DNA of 64,000 nt from Vitrella brassicaformis CCMP3155. Taxonomy: Eukaryota; Protista; Chromerida. The stretch's first letter is position 1. Every line of letters starts with the position of its first letter. Positions 60,294-64,000 of this stretch are shown here, one piece after another. Under the pieces are notes generated by a model. It made no database searches and was not told the DNA's origin. It saw only the letters and a list, made by a program, of their open reading frames with translations. A program made the translations under genes and the position numbers. The stretch spans positions 62,001 to 126,000 of the forward strand of contig CDMY01000759.1 in assembly GCA_001179505.1 (NCBI GenBank), written 5' to 3'.

Positions 60294-61820
60294 TTTTCAA
60301 TACTTATGCACACAAGCCGTGGCCCAAAGAGCTTGCGTGACTGACATGACGGCGACAGTGTATAGATTGCCCTACCGTACGGCTTTGTCTGGCTGGATGT
60401 GTCAGATGTTCTGATACATGCCAGCCCGGCCCGGCCTACATGACATGTGTGTATGGTCAATGACCTTTTTTCACGCGCTTTGCACAGCAAAGACATGATT
60501 GAATTTTGCACAATACATAAACACACAGAGTGTCAAATCGTCGGTCTCTCCATTCACCAAACACACGGACTGACCCCACCAAAGTCACTCGCCCACGTAG
60601 ATGAGCCTCTCCTTACGGATGGGCGGGAGAGCAATCGTGAGACACGGTTGCTTGAATGAGGCGTACAGGTAGCCTGAGGGTCTGCAGCAGCGTATGAATC
60701 ACGGAATGTACACATGTAAAGCCATACAGTTCACTCCTGCTAGCCCTCATCCCCCTCGAGCCGCTGTTGCTTCGACCACCGCTCTTCCGCAGCGGGGCCA
60801 GTGGCGGGGCGTGGGCAGTCTTCTCAGTGATGGTGGCCTTGCGCTTCTTTGCAGTCACCGCTGCCTCTCGGCTGCCTCCGAGTCGTCGCTTGACTCACAA
60901 ACAGCTGCCAACATTGAGAGACATGGCAATGAATGATAGATGACGTGGGTCAGTGACTCTGTGTGTGAGCGTGACGCACGGTCGTCAGCATTGGTCGGCA
61001 TCGTGACCGGTGCTCAATGATTGGCAGGATGTACGTATACATGATGTGTCCATGTACACACATTCACGCTGCTGTACACATGCCGATCGAAGTCACTATC
61101 CGCGCACCACGCATCCACACAAGCGCGTATTGTATACACACACACCACTCAGTTGGCCGGGTTGACGACGACCAGTGCGAGAGCCACAGCCCAGTCATAA
61201 ACGAGACACAGAGGGATGTACCACCGCGGGCAGGGCGTCTTGACGGCACCGTGGTGCAGTGCATCCCACACACCGTGACACACATAGCCAGCTATCAGGT
61301 AGAACTTGCTCGACGTCATCGACAGCACAGACAAGACAAGAAAGGCAAAGGACTGGACACACCTGCAGCCAGCCCAAAATCACACACAGCCACACACATG
61401 TGATCATTCGTTCCTCCTCGGCTCGCTGGTGTGTTTGTGTGCCTTGTCTAGTCTGTCCCTCACTTCACTGACTCAATCAGCAGGTGGGTCAGTGTGCCGT
61501 GAGGGCTGCCCAGGCACATGCCCATGTAGATGAGAGGCATGCCGCCCAGTATGACGCAGTATATCACATAAGATCACCCAGCCAATGGCGTCAGCGTCAG
61601 CACCAAGCGCCAAAACCACAGCCTGCACAACAATTAACACAAACAGGGATCGGATCAGCTTGTTTGTATGATGCTTACGTGTCCTCACTTGAGTATTTGT
61701 CAGGCAAGTTGTCAGCTGGCAAGCCGTGTGGTCCATCGGATCTTCTCCCTTGGCCTGGCCCATTGCTGCCGCCGGTAGTCGTCTTCTCGGCAGATCTTCG
61801 CTGACCGGCGACTGAGACCT

Positions 61821-62264
61821 TCACTGCTGGTGCGGACCACGCTCTCGCAGATCAAGAAACAACTCCCCCCAATAGTACAGCCACTTGGTGATGGACCACT
61901 GACCCCAGCCGTCCTTCTCCCGCGCCATAAAGGATGGGGAAACGGGCAAAGACGACGAAATGGAGACGGGCGAGTCGCTGTCCTGGTCCGTGCGCGGGCA
62001 GTCTGGCGCCAGCTGTCGTGCCCGGCGCGTCAGGGAAGTGGCTGACTCGGTGCTGGAAGTTCCCCCGTTCGCAGATGTAGCGGGGGGGATAAGGTGCAGC
62101 CGGGCGGACATGTCTGACAGAGTGTCGCTTCGGGTGGATCTGGTCTCTTGATGAAAAGGGCTGTGAGGGGCAAGGCATACTTGGGAGCGATCAGAGGGCA
62201 GAAAGTTCAGGCGGGGCGCCTCGGGAGGCGGGTCCGGGCACTCGGCAGCGGGAAGCATTGACAT
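61821..62264 (-). pseudogene. 5' fragment of the histidine phosphatase gene, truncated at the duplication breakpoint
   Basis: MSMLPAAECPD..WGELFLDL is near-identical to the protein starting at 48056. It diverges at 61847 and stops before the RHG motif. Confidence 0.9.
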
Positions 62265-64000
62265 ATTTCGTGAGCAAAGGGTTCACAGATCGGCCTTCTA
62301 AGCTCGCAAGCCAAAAAGTTCGTTTCACGCCAGCACGCCAGCCCTAAAACAGCAGGAGCGCGAAAGACGGCGCCGTCTTATGTACGCAGCCAGTCAGCGC
62401 CAGCATCAGTCGTGGTGAGCTGCGTCGGCTTCGCGAGCAACAACTGACCAAGAGCGACATATACTTCGGGACCGCATTGCCAGCGGTACGTAAGTGGCCG
62501 CCGCCACACGCCATTTGCGGCATGCATGAGTGCGCTGCATCGCATTCGCCATGCATGCGACCGCGTTGCCTTGATTTTTGCTGGTAGGTGTGGCAGCCGG
62601 TGCTGAGCATGAGGAAACTGCGGCTGCTGAGCATCGACACCGAGGCGGAGCTGGACGCCGGAGCAGGTGACGGAGGGAGGGAGGGAATCAGTGGGTGAGC
62701 GAGGGGACGACGTGAGGGAATTCTGTCCGTTCCCTCCCTGTGTCTGTCGTATGCATTCTGCGCCAGCCAACCGCCCGTCGCCCAAGGGCAACCGCACCCA
62801 CAGAATGGACCGCACAGACCCGCTCACTAACACCATATTCGAATACCACCAGGAGTACGTGCGATGCGCTAGCAATGGGGAGGGCTGCAGACGAGGCGAC
62901 CATGCAAATCATCCTTCTCTGTGTGTGTCTGCTGTTTAGGAGGACGTCCGTTCGTATCTACGATTTGGGCGAGGCCAAGGGGAAGCTGCTGATAGGGAGC
63001 AGGGAGGCCGCACACGACACAAAGGTAAGTAATTCACGTACCCTTGTGTGCTGAGGGCGATATCGGCATCTGTGGTGACACATTGCTTTGTTTGCCTGTC
63101 CATCGGTCAGTTCCTCAAGACGGCCAAGGTCACCCATGTGTGCAACTTGGCGGCGGGCGACACGGCGGGGGGCGAGTACACATGCGCCTCCAAGGGCAAC
63201 GACCTGCCGGAGGTGACCTTCTACGACGTCAAAAATATGAAGGTGGGCGGACAAACACCACACACACACACACACACGCAGAAGGACGGGCAGTCGATAT
63301 CTCATTCTCTCCGTGTGTATGCAGGACGGCAGTGACGACGGGGTGCACAATTTCGCGACAGCTGGAGTCGCAGCCATAGACTTCTGCCTGAAAGCTCTCG
63401 AGGATCCGGAGACCACCCTGCTGATCCACTGCCGCGCCGGTGAGTGCGTGAGTGAGTCACTTGAGTCAGTGAGAGCCCATCCACTGGCTGCACCAACTAA
63501 CAGCCAGCCGACCAGTCAGATGCACACACCGCCCCACGCACACATACATGTGTCCTTGTCTGCGTGTCTGTTTGCTGCCCACACAGGCGTCTCCCGGACT
63601 GGCTGCATCGCTTCCTGTGTGTTGGCCGCGTTGAAGAAGGACACATACACACATAACCGAGGAGGGTCCGCCAGTGCCGCTGCCGCCGCGGTGCCGCTGC
63701 TGTGGACCATGGGAAGGGCAGGAGTTTGTTCGACACGGCATACGCCGAGGTGTGGATCGGATCGCTGCACACATGCACACATATGCTGCCTCATTCTCTG
63801 CGTGGCTGCTGCCTGCCTGCCTGGTGCAGGTCCGCGAGTACCGATCTATCGCGCCGAACGTCGGCCTCACTGAGGCGGGCAGACAGTGGTGCTCTACGAT
63901 GGCTGCTGAAGGTGCGTGTGCAGGCAGGCAGGCACTCATAGTGTGTTTCCTCCTCACCCTGCTCTGTGTGTCCTCCTCCGTCAGGTGCCGCCTTTGCCCG
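61847..64000 (-). repeat. Right arm of inverted segmental duplication (continues beyond the window)
   Basis: Reverse complement matches 46342-48473; the last window base corresponds to ~46342. Confidence 0.95.
62609..64000 (+). pseudogene. DSP copy B with a 1-bp deletion near 63691; partial at the window edge
   Basis: HCRAG/VSRT is intact, but gcggctgcc in copy A is gcggtgcc here. This shifts AAAVDHGQGRSLFDTAY to AVPLLWTMGRAG. Confidence 0.8.

Noticed and set aside
60300-61820. Short ORFs downstream of CIAO1
   Set aside because: No coding signatures or coherent exon chain; treated as intergenic.
1-64000. Numerous ORFs rich in HTHTHT, CVCVCV, DRQTDRQ, SIHPSIHP
   Set aside because: They are translations of intronic (CA)n, (TG)n, (CAGA)n and (CATC)n microsatellites or antisense shadows, not proteins.

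Overview
GC-rich, intron-dense eukaryotic nuclear DNA. Introns are short GT-AG and loaded with (CA/TG)n, (TCTG)n and (GGAT)n microsatellites. This style, plus the gene content and a bipartite plastid-targeting leader, suggests a chromerid alveolate such as Vitrella brassicaformis (inference, not checked). I spliced the genes by hand, because most six-frame ORFs are exon fragments or microsatellite noise. Housekeeping genes: TSR2, RCE1 CAAX protease, 14-3-3, CIA1/CIAO1, a NIPA-type Mg2+ transporter, an M1 aminopeptidase, a DUF202 membrane protein and a histidine phosphatase. Secreted genes: a HOTHEAD/mandelonitrile-lyase-like GMC oxidoreductase, a tyrosinase, a GH26 glycoside hydrolase, a Cys-rich WCYVD-domain protein and a long two-lobed coiled-coil protein. 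Signalling and ubiquitin genes: a Ser/Thr kinase, a dual-specificity phosphatase (DSP) in three copies, and a PAM2+RING E3 ligase. The window also holds lineage-specific or degenerate loci and a degenerate tRNA-Arg(CCT) with an encoded CCA. Main structural observations: a >2.1 kb inverted duplication (46342-48473 vs 61847-window end), a mosaic A-A-B-B-C-C module cluster with a kinase-like N-lobe at 2.1-6 kb, frequent head-to-head gene pairs with a recurrent TGCGAGCT motif, and a 300-N assembly gap bounded by poly-C. No CRISPR array, rRNA or recognisable transposase was seen. Exon boundaries and gene ends are manual estimates.
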